Source of the DNA: a virus
Taxonomy: Duplodnaviria; Caudoviricetes
IMG/VR virus record: IMGVR_UViG_3300025853_000159
Location: 1-47,033 of that record
Reading direction: 5' to 3' (one strand)
DNA length: 47,033 nt
Shown here: positions 17,169 to 26,212 of the stretch, piece after piece
Numbering within the stretch: the first letter of the stretch is position 1
How the letters are laid out: each line of letters opens with the position of its first letter
Made by a program: the position numbers and the translations under genes
Notes under the pieces: generated by a model
The model's database searches: none
Told to the model about the DNA's origin: nothing
What the model saw: the letters and a program-made list of their open reading frames with translations, nothing else

Positions 17169-17963
17169 ATGGAATCTGTAGCCTACTCAAGATCACTGCT
17201 CGCCCCGACAGTTCCGACGCGGTCGGAATTAACAAAGGAAGAACTCACAACTGCGGATAAGGCAGACATTGTTGAGTTAGACACATCGACAGAGGCGGAG
17301 ACTCTTGAATTGTTGCCCACTGATTGGCCCGACGGTCACCTTCTGACGTTAAAAATCAGCAGTGTTAGTAATGCCCTGACTTTTGATAGAGTGATTGGTG
17401 CTGCGACCACAACCAAAAACATACGGATTCCTGATAATGTCGGAACACCAAGCCTCACAGAATTAAGCCATAAGGTTGTGTTCAAATTCAATAAGGAAGA
17501 TGGGCTCTGGATACTGGAATACGCAAATTTCAATAGTGATATTGTTTATGATCGTGCTACAGACACAATAGGGTATGGTGGTGCAGTAATTTCTAACTAT
17601 AAGCATGGATTTACGGGAGATGTCATTATTCAGGATGACACTGGCGAAGCGACATTGACTGTGCAAAATACAAATGCATCGCCTACTGCCGCAGTCTTGC
17701 GATTAGTTGCTGATATTCCTACAGTAGTCTGGAACGACGATGGTGGAGCAACAGACCAGAAATTGATGCAAGTCGGATTTGGCTCAGGATCAATGGATTT
17801 CGCTTTCTATAATGATGCAAGTTCAGCGTATGCGGTTCCATTACAGTTGACGACGGATGGTTCAGCGGGTGGCGTTAAACTTAATGGACTTCCCACATCA
17901 GACCCTGCTGTAGCGGGACAATTATGGCGTGATGGCACAGATATAAAAATAAGCTTAGGATAA
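17169..17963 (+). CDS. Virion fibre/decoration protein
   Basis: Beta-rich; C-terminal LPTSDPAVAGQLWRDGT motif common in phage fibre proteins. Confidence 0.6.
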   Translation: MESVAYSRSLLAPTVPTRSELTKEELTTADKADIVELDTSTEAETLELLPTDWPDGHLLTLKISSVSNALTFDRVIGAATTTKNIRIPDNVGTPSLTELSHKVVFKFNKEDGLWILEYANFNSDIVYDRATDTIGYGGAVISNYKHGFTGDVIIQDDTGEATLTVQNTNASPTAAVLRLVADIPTVVWNDDGGATDQKLMQVGFGSGSMDFAFYNDASSAYAVPLQLTTDGSAGGVKLNGLPTSDPAVAGQLWRDGTDIKISLG

Positions 17964-17971
17964 GGACACTT

Positions 17972-18289
17972 ATGACAAACAGAATTAATGAACACATAAT
18001 CCTTGATGCAGTCACGTCAACTGGGGCGGGAGATCCGATTGTAGCCTCACAATTTAAGGGCTGGAACTTTATTCTTTATGCAGCAAGTGTAACCACTGGG
18101 GCAACCATCGAAATCCAAGTCGAGGTAGCAGATGGCGACTGGGTAACGATTCATTCAGAAACTATCGAAGCTGACGGGTACACATTCGTTCAAAGTGTAG
18201 ATGGCTTTTACCGTAGTATTCGAGCGAATGTTACCAGTTACACAGATGGTACATACTATGTATTTGCTCAAGGTTCCTGGGTCTACTAA
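17972..18289 (+). CDS. Small beta-sandwich virion protein
   Basis: Alternating beta pattern, structural module context. Confidence 0.65.
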   Translation: MTNRINEHIILDAVTSTGAGDPIVASQFKGWNFILYAASVTTGATIEIQVEVADGDWVTIHSETIEADGYTFVQSVDGFYRSIRANVTSYTDGTYYVFAQGSWVY

Positions 18290-18291
18290 AA

Positions 18292-19821
18292 ATGCAGAGT
18301 TTGTCAGCAGTACAATCGTGTAACGCAATACAGGCTTGTAGTGCAATACAGGCTTGTAGTGGGATTACTGTGATACCCGTAGTAGAAGAGGAGGAGGTAG
18401 TAGCATTCACTAATACCTACTCCGTAGATTCCGATGGTGTAGATGATTATATTATCTCTGCCTATGACGCATTTGCGAATATTGGGACGGGCGACCTCAC
18501 TATTCATATGCGATTTAAGATCATTCAGGCAACAGCCAATAGCGACTACTTCTTTTATATCGGTCAAGATAGTTCTTTCACTAAGCATATATCAGCTCGA
18601 TGGAGTGCATCAGGTAGTACGTTTACCTTAGTGACAAATGCTGGTAGTGGAAATGCGTTTACCAACGGTGCGGCAATGTCTAATGACACTTGGTACACTG
18701 TCACTCTTACCCGCACAGGCTCAACGATAAAGGTTTTTAGAGATGGTGACACAGGAAGTCCAGACATCAATGATACAAACACTAAACACGCATCCCCATT
18801 AGGTGCAACTGGTGATAGTGCAGTGTATCTTGGAAATGCTGGCCCTCTTGGTGGAAATCTTAATATTAGGTTTCATGAGTTTGCCATATATAATACTGTA
18901 CTGTCCGATGCGGCAATCGGTTCGTTGTATAATAGCGGTGTGTCATTTGATTTAAGGGAAACCAATGGTAGTTATGACCCAGGAAGTAACCTGAAACTAT
19001 ACTTACCACTAAATGAAGGCACAGGCACGGTAGCTACCGACCTAATCTCAGCCAGTAATGGTACTCTAACGAATGGGCCAACATGGTCTTCTGACGTACC
19101 AGAAGCAGTAATCACCAACACTTACTCCATAGACCTCAACGGCACTAATCAATACATGGCGGCCAATGCTTTAGCGAGTGTCGTATCCTCAGATAATGTA
19201 GGAACTTTTTCTGCGTGGGTTGCACCTACAGACGCATCACCTAATACTGCTGAAACCATAATGGGTTTTGGAGATGCTAATGCAGATAGTAAGCTTGAGA
19301 TACATATTAGTGGAATTACACAAACTTTAGTAAGAGCATCATGTTCTATTACAGGTACTATTCAATGGGTATTATCTTCAAGTGATTTAGGTTGGACAAA
19401 CGGCGTATGGCATCATGTCGCTGTAACCCACGATGGTTCTACTGCAAAAATATACATAGATGGTGTAGATATTAGTGCAGGTTATACAGTTACTACCGAC
19501 ATAACTGCATGGCTCACAGACATTACAGGAATAGATACATTTTGCGTTGGTGCTACTAATAAAAATAGTGCTGTAACTCAATACTTCGATGGCTTGATTG
19601 ATGAAGCTGCATATTTCTCAACAGCATTATCTGCTGCACAGATCACGGCAATCTACAATAGTGGTGTACCAGCCAATCTTGACTCCTATTCTCCAGTAGG
19701 TTGGTATCGCATGGGTGACAATGACGGTGGCACTGGCACAACAATCACAGATCAAGGAAGTGGCGGCAACGATGGCACTTTGATTAACGCACCAACCTTT
19801 TCAACCAACGTACCCACATAA
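18292..19821 (+). CDS. Tandem LamG/concanavalin A-like domain protein (putative receptor-binding fibre)
   Basis: Two repeats starting NTYS(V/I)D and ending GTL.N.PT(W/F)S..VP; WHHVAVT..KIYIDG and FDGLIDEAAYF LamG motifs. Confidence 0.85.
   Translation: MQSLSAVQSCNAIQACSAIQACSGITVIPVVEEEEVVAFTNTYSVDSDGVDDYIISAYDAFANIGTGDLTIHMRFKIIQATANSDYFFYIGQDSSFTKHISARWSASGSTFTLVTNAGSGNAFTNGAAMSNDTWYTVTLTRTGSTIKVFRDGDTGSPDINDTNTKHASPLGATGDSAVYLGNAGPLGGNLNIRFHEFAIYNTVLSDAAIGSLYNSGVSFDLRETNGSYDPGSNLKLYLPLNEGTGTVATDLISASNGTLTNGPTWSSDVPEAVITNTYSIDLNGTNQYMAANALASVVSSDNVGTFSAWVAPTDASPNTAETIMGFGDANADSKLEIHISGITQTLVRASCSITGTIQWVLSSSDLGWTNGVWHHVAVTHDGSTAKIYIDGVDISAGYTVTTDITAWLTDITGIDTFCVGATNKNSAVTQYFDGLIDEAAYFSTALSAAQITAIYNSGVPANLDSYSPVGWYRMGDNDGGTGTTITDQGSGGNDGTLINAPTFSTNVPT
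18307..18360 (+). repeat. Three 18-bp tandem units (AVQSCN/AIQACS/AIQACS)
   Basis: GCAATACAGGCTTGTAGT twice exactly, plus one degenerate copy. Confidence 0.85.
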
Positions 19822-19824
19822 TTT

Positions 19825-20082
19825 ATGAGCGAAGAACAACGATACTGCACTGTCCCTGTGGCAGATTTTGATACCATCAACATGGAGCAAGTCGCCGCAA
19901 CTTATGGGCGTGAGGTTGTTCTCGATCCTCCTCTCGTGGCAAACGGCACGGAGCGGTTGATCGGCTTCTGTGGCAATAAACCCACAACTCTGTACGGGAA
20001 ACCCACTTACACGGAAGCACAGTGGCAAGCTGAAGTCAGTAACCCTGAATCAGCTTACTACATAGACCCTGATATTGTCTAA
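19825..20082 (+). CDS. Small partner/chaperone of the LamG protein (hypothetical)
   Basis: Directly follows the LamG gene. Confidence 0.65.
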   Translation: MSEEQRYCTVPVADFDTINMEQVAATYGREVVLDPPLVANGTERLIGFCGNKPTTLYGKPTYTEAQWQAEVSNPESAYYIDPDIV

Positions 20083-20402
20083 TGGAAATTGACGCAAATG
20101 TAGTATTCGCAGGAGTCGGTGCTTGTGCAGTAGTCGGAGGAGCGATCATGGCTTATGGTGAACTCAAGACAAAAGTTGTCGGATTGACGCAACGTGCATC
20201 ATCCGCTGACCAAGCTCATGAGAAGATATACGACAAGGTGAGTAAGTTGGAAGAAGAAACTAAAGTGCAGCGTGTGCAGATAGACGATATTCGTAAAAAT
20301 AACAACAAGCTGTTTGAGTTAGTTGAAGGGCAGTCAAGGACACTTGGAGAGATAAAGCAGGAGTTAGCTGTGATTATATCCAAGCTCAAGAGTCATGGCT
20401 AA
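20082..20402 (+). CDS. Putative holin-like membrane protein (N-terminal TM + coiled coil)
   Basis: VVFAGVGACAVVGGAIMAYG TM segment followed by heptads. Confidence 0.55.
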   Translation: MEIDANVVFAGVGACAVVGGAIMAYGELKTKVVGLTQRASSADQAHEKIYDKVSKLEEETKVQRVQIDDIRKNNNKLFELVEGQSRTLGEIKQELAVIISKLKSHG

Positions 20403-20991
20403 GTTCTTACATTGTCCCCAATACGAAAGCCTCCTTGACGGGAAGAATGGCCTGACGTACCAACCATTGATCTATCAATATGCTGGCGAACCAATAGCCC
20501 CTGATATTGTTGATGAATTGGCATTTTCCCATCCACTGAATTTTGAAAAGGCTTACAAGGATTTTCGGAGCAAACTGGAACGGACGCAGCAAGTTTGGGT
20601 AGTTCCCCCTGGAAAGGTCACTGACTTCTCTTCACAACCAAAGATCGTTGATTTCTTTATTCCAAGAGAAACTATTCGGATGCCTGCCTTGCTGCATGAT
20701 GACATGCGACCAAAGGTAAGCACTGACTCCAATTTCTCAAGCGATGGATTTTTCTGCGATGCGATTCAAGTCTATGCAAGGCAAGTGGAAACCAAGGAAG
20801 TTGGACGAGTGAAAGCTATCCTCGCCTTTCTTGGTGTCTGGTACGGCTACGTGAGAAAAATGAAGTTTGGCCCCGATGACCGAGTGCAGCAAGAGGCACG
20901 ACGGCGATGGGCAAGAAGCCATGGCATTGCTGTGCAGCGGGTAGAATTTGACAAAGAGAACTGCGAACTTATTGTAAAGGAATTACCATGA
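20395..20991 (+). CDS. DUF1353-like protein
   Basis: VPPGKVTDFSSQP...ALLHDD..D..F matches the DUF1353 VPxGFxTDxASxP..AxxHD pattern. Confidence 0.65.
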   Translation: MAKFLHCPQYESLLDGKNGLTYQPLIYQYAGEPIAPDIVDELAFSHPLNFEKAYKDFRSKLERTQQVWVVPPGKVTDFSSQPKIVDFFIPRETIRMPALLHDDMRPKVSTDSNFSSDGFFCDAIQVYARQVETKEVGRVKAILAFLGVWYGYVRKMKFGPDDRVQQEARRRWARSHGIAVQRVEFDKENCELIVKELP

Positions 20992-21290
20992 AGAATCTAT
21001 TTCTACTCCTTCCGATATTGCTGTTTACTGGATGCTCTACAGTTAAGAAAGCCATTGAGGCTACTATTGATACAATACCACAGCATGAGTTTGGGGAGTT
21101 TGGATACAATCGGGCAGGTAATGTGAGTTCTGGAAGTATCACTGCATCAAATGCAAGGTTTGAAGGAGATCAGCACATTATCGACCGCATAGATGTTCAA
21201 CATGCGAACAGAGTTACGGGTAACATTTCTGTGTACTTCAAAGACCTCAAGCGACCAGCAGCCGTATCCGCAACAGGAGGCGTGAAATAA
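20988..21290 (+). CDS. Lipoprotein
   Basis: Signal peptide II with lipobox MKNLFLLLPILLFTG-C. Confidence 0.75.
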   Translation: MKNLFLLLPILLFTGCSTVKKAIEATIDTIPQHEFGEFGYNRAGNVSSGSITASNARFEGDQHIIDRIDVQHANRVTGNISVYFKDLKRPAAVSATGGVK

Positions 21291-21291
21291 G

Positions 21292-22185
21292 ATGCTCCGC
21301 TTCTATAAAGATGTTAAATCCCAGCTTTCCCGTATTGCGGCAGATACGGGGATGACTCCTAATGATGAACGACTCAAGGAATACGTGGATTTGGCCCAGG
21401 AGCGATTGAGCATGGAAGGCAATTGGCCTATCTTCCTGAAGCGGATGCAAATCAATTGCCACGACGGGGTGCTAGTCCTTCCTGACGAGTTTGACTCTGT
21501 GTATCGTTGTTCACGGTCCAATATTGGATCTCTGCAAATCACAGACCCATGGTTCACACTGAATCCCCAAAACGAACAACCGGGCAGCATTGCACCATTA
21601 ACCTGCGACGACATGGGGGAAACCTATGTGTATCGCCAGCCAGAAGGGATGCGAATTAAGGCGTATTCTGAGGACTCGGAAGATATCACTATCTATGCTG
21701 ACAATGAGACGGTGACAATCACTCCCGGTAATCGGGATCAAGAGCCGACTCCCACGGCAAAAGCATATTTCAAAATTCACCGAGTCGAACGGGATGCAGC
21801 AGGAAAACCATTTGAATTGGTCTATCAGGATCTCAATGATGGAGAATGGTTTGGTGGTCGCTGGTCCGGGTACTGGCCAAGTATTCCATTTCGCACTTAT
21901 CAGGTCGGAACCAGTACCGTCGATGAGATTGTGGATGTCGTTGCACGTCGCCGGGTAATCCCAATTGGCGGTGATAACACTCCCCTAGTCGTTACCAATA
22001 TCCCTGCTCTCAGACTGATGATAATGTCATTGGCAAAGGAAGAAGCGGGATTGATCGATGAGGCAGAGGCAAATTTCCAGAGGGCATTGAATGCAATGAA
22101 GGGTGAGAACCAGCGTTATCATCCACATGAGCAACAACCCGCATTCAGTATCGTTGGAGGATTCGGTGACATTGGGGATGTATAA
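21292..22185 (+). CDS. Head-tail adaptor / tail tubular protein A-like
   Basis: Helical N- and C-termini with a beta insert (VLVLPDEFDSV); position before the nozzle gene. Confidence 0.6.
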   Translation: MLRFYKDVKSQLSRIAADTGMTPNDERLKEYVDLAQERLSMEGNWPIFLKRMQINCHDGVLVLPDEFDSVYRCSRSNIGSLQITDPWFTLNPQNEQPGSIAPLTCDDMGETYVYRQPEGMRIKAYSEDSEDITIYADNETVTITPGNRDQEPTPTAKAYFKIHRVERDAAGKPFELVYQDLNDGEWFGGRWSGYWPSIPFRTYQVGTSTVDEIVDVVARRRVIPIGGDNTPLVVTNIPALRLMIMSLAKEEAGLIDEAEANFQRALNAMKGENQRYHPHEQQPAFSIVGGFGDIGDV

Positions 22186-23372
22186 TGGCTGTTGCACGAA
22201 GAGATTTGATTACCGACCGATTTGCCCTTGCAGTCGGTGGGCACAATAGCGGCGATGATCCTGAGTTCATCGGACCAGAGCAGTATGCAGATTCCAAGAA
22301 CATCACCAATCGGGGCGGACGGGTACGCAGTCGCCCCAGGTTCGTAAAGAAGGCAGACTTGCCGACCGACTCAGCGAATGGACTCTATTTTCAAGGCATC
22401 ACCCATTTTAAATCCCAAGATCAAATCATTCTTCGGGCTAACGGGAGAATCTACCGTTTGGAAGATGCAGCTTCGCCGGGTGCGAATGACCCTGCCTGTG
22501 AGTTCATTGAGGTATTGAAATCCAATGTGACTGTTTGGGAGGTTCCCACGGCACAAGTGGATACCATTACGATTACAGCAGGTGGCGGGGATATTAACGT
22601 GGAGATTACCGCCATCGTTGATGGAACTCTGGTCAACGCAACGGTTGGAGTGACATGGGCAACGAGTCATGCAGCAACAGCTACCGCTCTAGCCAGTGCC
22701 ATAAACTCACATGGAGACTTAGGTGCTGTTGCCGATGCTGTTGATTCTGGAGATGATGTAGTTTTGACTTCAGAATTGGCAGGACGTGGATTTATTACGG
22801 AAGTGACGACAACCAGTTCTGCGGCAGCTTCATTGGTCAATACCACAGCAAACGGGCACGTTTATGTCCCCAATGAACTGATCCCCCAAGGTGACAATTC
22901 AAGCTACCCCACTCCTGTGGATGTGGTCGCTCAGGTGGACACGATCACCATCACTGCTGGAACGAATGATCCTGGGGTGAACACCATTGACGTAGTGATC
23001 AATGGCACTGCATTATCTTCTCCTGTCGATTGGGCAACGAGCAACCCGGCAACGGCAACAGCTTTGGCGGCAGCAATCAATTCTCAGTTTGGATCGGACG
23101 TGACCGCAGATGCAACAGCCGGAGATGGATCGCTGACCATTACGGCAGATGTCCCCTACAAGACCTTCACAATGATGGTGAACAAAGGTGGCGATGTTTC
23201 CGCTACCCATGCGAAAACTACCCCACGTTCATTCCCGCTGGGTTCCATCTACTACGACTGGGACAAACCCATGTTGTATTCCTACTACAGCGGCATATGG
23301 AATGAGATGGGAACTTCTGCCCTGACGGTCGATATTCCTTTGGACGCCAACCCATTGAAGGAACAGGTCTGA
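22185..23372 (+). CDS. Tail nozzle/stabilisation protein (tubular B-like), N-terminal part ending at an in-frame TGA
   Basis: GGHNS..P..I...Q.ADSKN....GG.VRSRP start typical of nozzle proteins; contains two inserted repeat domains; the frame continues past TGA 23370-72. Confidence 0.7.
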   Translation: MAVARRDLITDRFALAVGGHNSGDDPEFIGPEQYADSKNITNRGGRVRSRPRFVKKADLPTDSANGLYFQGITHFKSQDQIILRANGRIYRLEDAASPGANDPACEFIEVLKSNVTVWEVPTAQVDTITITAGGGDINVEITAIVDGTLVNATVGVTWATSHAATATALASAINSHGDLGAVADAVDSGDDVVLTSELAGRGFITEVTTTSSAAASLVNTTANGHVYVPNELIPQGDNSSYPTPVDVVAQVDTITITAGTNDPGVNTIDVVINGTALSSPVDWATSNPATATALAAAINSQFGSDVTADATAGDGSLTITADVPYKTFTMMVNKGGDVSATHAKTTPRSFPLGSIYYDWDKPMLYSYYSGIWNEMGTSALTVDIPLDANPLKEQV

Positions 23373-23468
23373 TTTGAGGAAGTTGCTGGAGTCCTTGTCA
23401 GTCAGGATGGAGAAAAGCAGCCAATTCAATACGATGGCAGCAATTGGGATAACCTCACCACTGTCCCT

Positions 23469-24632
23469 GTGGGGACCGCTATGCGGTTTGCCAATGGTCG
23501 ACTTCACCTTGTGTCCAGTGGACAACGCAAGACCCTTCAGGTCGGCGATATTCTCCAAAATGGCGACCCTACCACTGCATTGAAATTTACCGAGACCGGA
23601 TATCTTTTCGGTGGTGGTTCTTTCGCCTTCCCAAATGAAATCACTGCTTTGCACGAGGTTCCGACCCAGGATAAAGCTTCCGGACAAGGAACAATGGTGA
23701 TTGGAACGACCCGCGATTGTCATACCCTCCGCACGGATGTAACCGACCGGGACGCATGGACCAGTGTTCAAGATTTCCAAGCCCCACTCCTCCCTGCCAT
23801 AGGTGTCGCTGGCCCCAATAGCATTGTTCCGGTCAACAATGATCTTTATTTTCGTTCATCCAATGGATTGCGGTCCCTACGGATGGCGGTAGGTGAACAG
23901 CAATCTCCCGGTTATGGTGGACTGCACCAGGAAATCCCTGAGAAGTTTCAGAAATGGGGATTGAAGCACAATTCCTCCACACATTCCGGAGATCGATTTA
24001 TCACCACCGTTTTGCCGAAATTGATCAACCATCAATGGGTCTACGAGGGTGCGGTCAGTATCAACTTTGAATCCCTGAACCGTTTGGGCGGGAAGTCCCC
24101 AGTGAGCTTTGACGGGTACTGGAGTTTGCCGACAGACCACTATTTCCGGCAACTCTTCGACGTGGACGGCACTTGCTACGCTGTCGTTTATACAGGAAGC
24201 GGAGACGAACTTTGGGAACTCCAAAAAGACGGAGCCACGACCGTTGAAGAGACTGGTCTTGAGCAAATAATGGTCACACGGGCAATGAATGCTCAAGATC
24301 CGATGGGGCTCAAGACCCTTGGACGGATGGATGTTTGGTTGTCCAACATTCAAGACAACCTCTCAATTGACTTTGAGTACCGAGTAGACAACGAAACAGC
24401 ATGGAGGACATGGGAGACGCTGGTGGTGACTCTGGCAAGTGCATCCCCGACGACCGACTTTATTCCTCGCTACACTTTGAAGACTCCTCCTGGTAATAAA
24501 GTTGCCGGATATTCATTCCAGTTTCGTTTGAAATGGACAGGACGGTGCGAGATAGACTATATTCAAGCGTATCTCAAGCCTCTGGCCGAGCCTCAATTTG
24601 CCGAAAGATCCACACCGATAACACTGACGTAA
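23469..24632 (+). CDS. Tail nozzle/stabilisation protein, C-terminal part (same frame as 22185; full reading 22185..24632)
   Basis: Beta-propeller-like strands (SIVPVNNDLYFRSSNGLRSL) and C-terminal YSFQFRLKWTG; no evident SD at 23469. Confidence 0.7.
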   Translation: MGTAMRFANGRLHLVSSGQRKTLQVGDILQNGDPTTALKFTETGYLFGGGSFAFPNEITALHEVPTQDKASGQGTMVIGTTRDCHTLRTDVTDRDAWTSVQDFQAPLLPAIGVAGPNSIVPVNNDLYFRSSNGLRSLRMAVGEQQSPGYGGLHQEIPEKFQKWGLKHNSSTHSGDRFITTVLPKLINHQWVYEGAVSINFESLNRLGGKSPVSFDGYWSLPTDHYFRQLFDVDGTCYAVVYTGSGDELWELQKDGATTVEETGLEQIMVTRAMNAQDPMGLKTLGRMDVWLSNIQDNLSIDFEYRVDNETAWRTWETLVVTLASASPTTDFIPRYTLKTPPGNKVAGYSFQFRLKWTGRCEIDYIQAYLKPLAEPQFAERSTPITLT

Positions 24633-24633
24633 C

Positions 24634-25455
24634 ATGCCTGTTAAATATCAACTTTCTTTAAAGGAGGGTTCAACTCCTCCAAGTACAGATGCACCTACTG
24701 CGTTGGATGAATTATTGACCCAGATCCGTCAATATACGGAAGTGGCTACCAATTCCGATGATCCTGATTCAGACAAGGTCAGGAGCATCCTGGTTCAACC
24801 TACAGAGCCAACCGGAGCGAATGCCAATGACCTGTGGGTTCAAGTACATGCGACAAGCGGAAGACCATTAGCACTCAAAGCTTATACTGGATCAGAATGG
24901 AGACCAGTCAATGTCACAAACAGCGGAGATTCAAATAGTCGCCCAGGTGATGCAGTAGCAGGGGAGACCTACTTTGATACGGATATCAATGTTATGTTGA
25001 TGTACACGGGGTCTGCTTGGGTGACTCAGGATGGATCGCCGGGGGATATCAAATTTGTGTATCTGGACAATTCTCTTTATACTGGTGGAGCAGGATATAC
25101 GGAAGCAGTTCGACTGAATCCTGGTTGGGAAGCATTCTCTGCGGTTAAAGGACACTCTCTTGTTGCTGTAGATGATACAGATGCTGAAGATTTCGGAGGT
25201 ACAGAGAAGTATAAAGCAGCAGGTTACACATTTGGAACGAAGACGCACCCGTTGACGGAGGATGAATTAGCGGCACACACACACACCGTTCCAGTTGAAT
25301 CACAAGTAGGTAAAGCCGGGTCAACTGGTGGGGATGCTTTCTATAATGCAAGTGCGACTACGGAAACAGGGTCAACAGGAAGCGGAGACGCACACGAAAA
25401 CAGACCTCCATCTTATACCGCATTCTGTATCCGCAAACTTGGCTATGAAACATAA
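24634..25455 (+). CDS. Short tail fibre/collar protein
   Basis: GETYFDTD..YTGSAW and GTKTHPLTEDELAAHTH..GSGDAHENRPPSY fibre/collar motifs. Confidence 0.75.
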   Translation: MPVKYQLSLKEGSTPPSTDAPTALDELLTQIRQYTEVATNSDDPDSDKVRSILVQPTEPTGANANDLWVQVHATSGRPLALKAYTGSEWRPVNVTNSGDSNSRPGDAVAGETYFDTDINVMLMYTGSAWVTQDGSPGDIKFVYLDNSLYTGGAGYTEAVRLNPGWEAFSAVKGHSLVAVDDTDAEDFGGTEKYKAAGYTFGTKTHPLTEDELAAHTHTVPVESQVGKAGSTGGDAFYNASATTETGSTGSGDAHENRPPSYTAFCIRKLGYET

Positions 25456-25466
25456 GGGGCAAAACA

Positions 25467-26210
25467 ATGGGATTATTTAGCAAACCGAAACTCAAATACG
25501 CTGGAGAACTCGACACTGGCAAAGTGATGGGGGATACCTTCGCCCTCAATCGTCGTTATTTGGACGATGCCAGTTCCCTCACATCCCAAATCTCCGAACG
25601 CACCCAGAAGCAAGCCCTTGATTTGATGGAGCAGGCAATGCCTGGGATCTCAAAAGTCCGGGGCATGTTGATGAATCAACTTCAGCAGGATCTCTCCACA
25701 ACCGGACTCCCGAAGGAAGTGGAGGCGAATCTTTCCCGTAAAGCAGCGGAGATGGGGATCAGTAGGGGAACCGCCGGGGACTTCAATAAGTTTTCAGCCC
25801 TTCGGGATTTGGGTATTGAGCACACGAAAATGGTCGAATTCCGTAGACGGATGGCGACCTCTTCCTTGCAGCAACTCTTTCAATCCACGCCCCGTATCAA
25901 TCCGATGTCACCACAAGCCATGTTGATGACTCCAGGGCAGAACATGCAGATTGCGTCCCAGAATTTGGACCGCAGGCAGGCATTCTACAATGCACAGGCT
26001 CAGATGCAGGCTCAACGTAGATCCAGCATTCTTGGTGCAATTTCGGGCATTGCTGGATTCGCTCTGGGTGGACCGTTAGGCGGGGCTCTCGGTGGCAAGC
26101 TTTTTGGCGGAGGAAATAGTGCGAATGTTGGAGTAACTGGGAATGTTCTTAATCAACAACAAGCGGCAGCAGATACCGCCGGATTCTTTCAATCTCAATA
26201 CGGACAATAA
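25467..26210 (+). CDS. Internal virion/ejection protein 1
   Basis: Q/M/A-rich helix with Gly-rich hydrophobic C-terminus. Confidence 0.65.
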   Translation: MGLFSKPKLKYAGELDTGKVMGDTFALNRRYLDDASSLTSQISERTQKQALDLMEQAMPGISKVRGMLMNQLQQDLSTTGLPKEVEANLSRKAAEMGISRGTAGDFNKFSALRDLGIEHTKMVEFRRRMATSSLQQLFQSTPRINPMSPQAMLMTPGQNMQIASQNLDRRQAFYNAQAQMQAQRRSSILGAISGIAGFALGGPLGGALGGKLFGGGNSANVGVTGNVLNQQQAAADTAGFFQSQYGQ

Positions 26211-26212
26211 CC

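Noticed and set aside
18307-18360. CRISPR-like or DGR-type repeat
   Set aside because: In-frame coding tandem repeat without spacers; no reverse transcriptase or TR/VR pair was seen.
23370-23420. Selenocysteine insertion at the nozzle TGA
   Set aside because: No convincing SECIS-like hairpin downstream, the context suits an aromatic residue rather than Cys, and no Sec machinery is visible.
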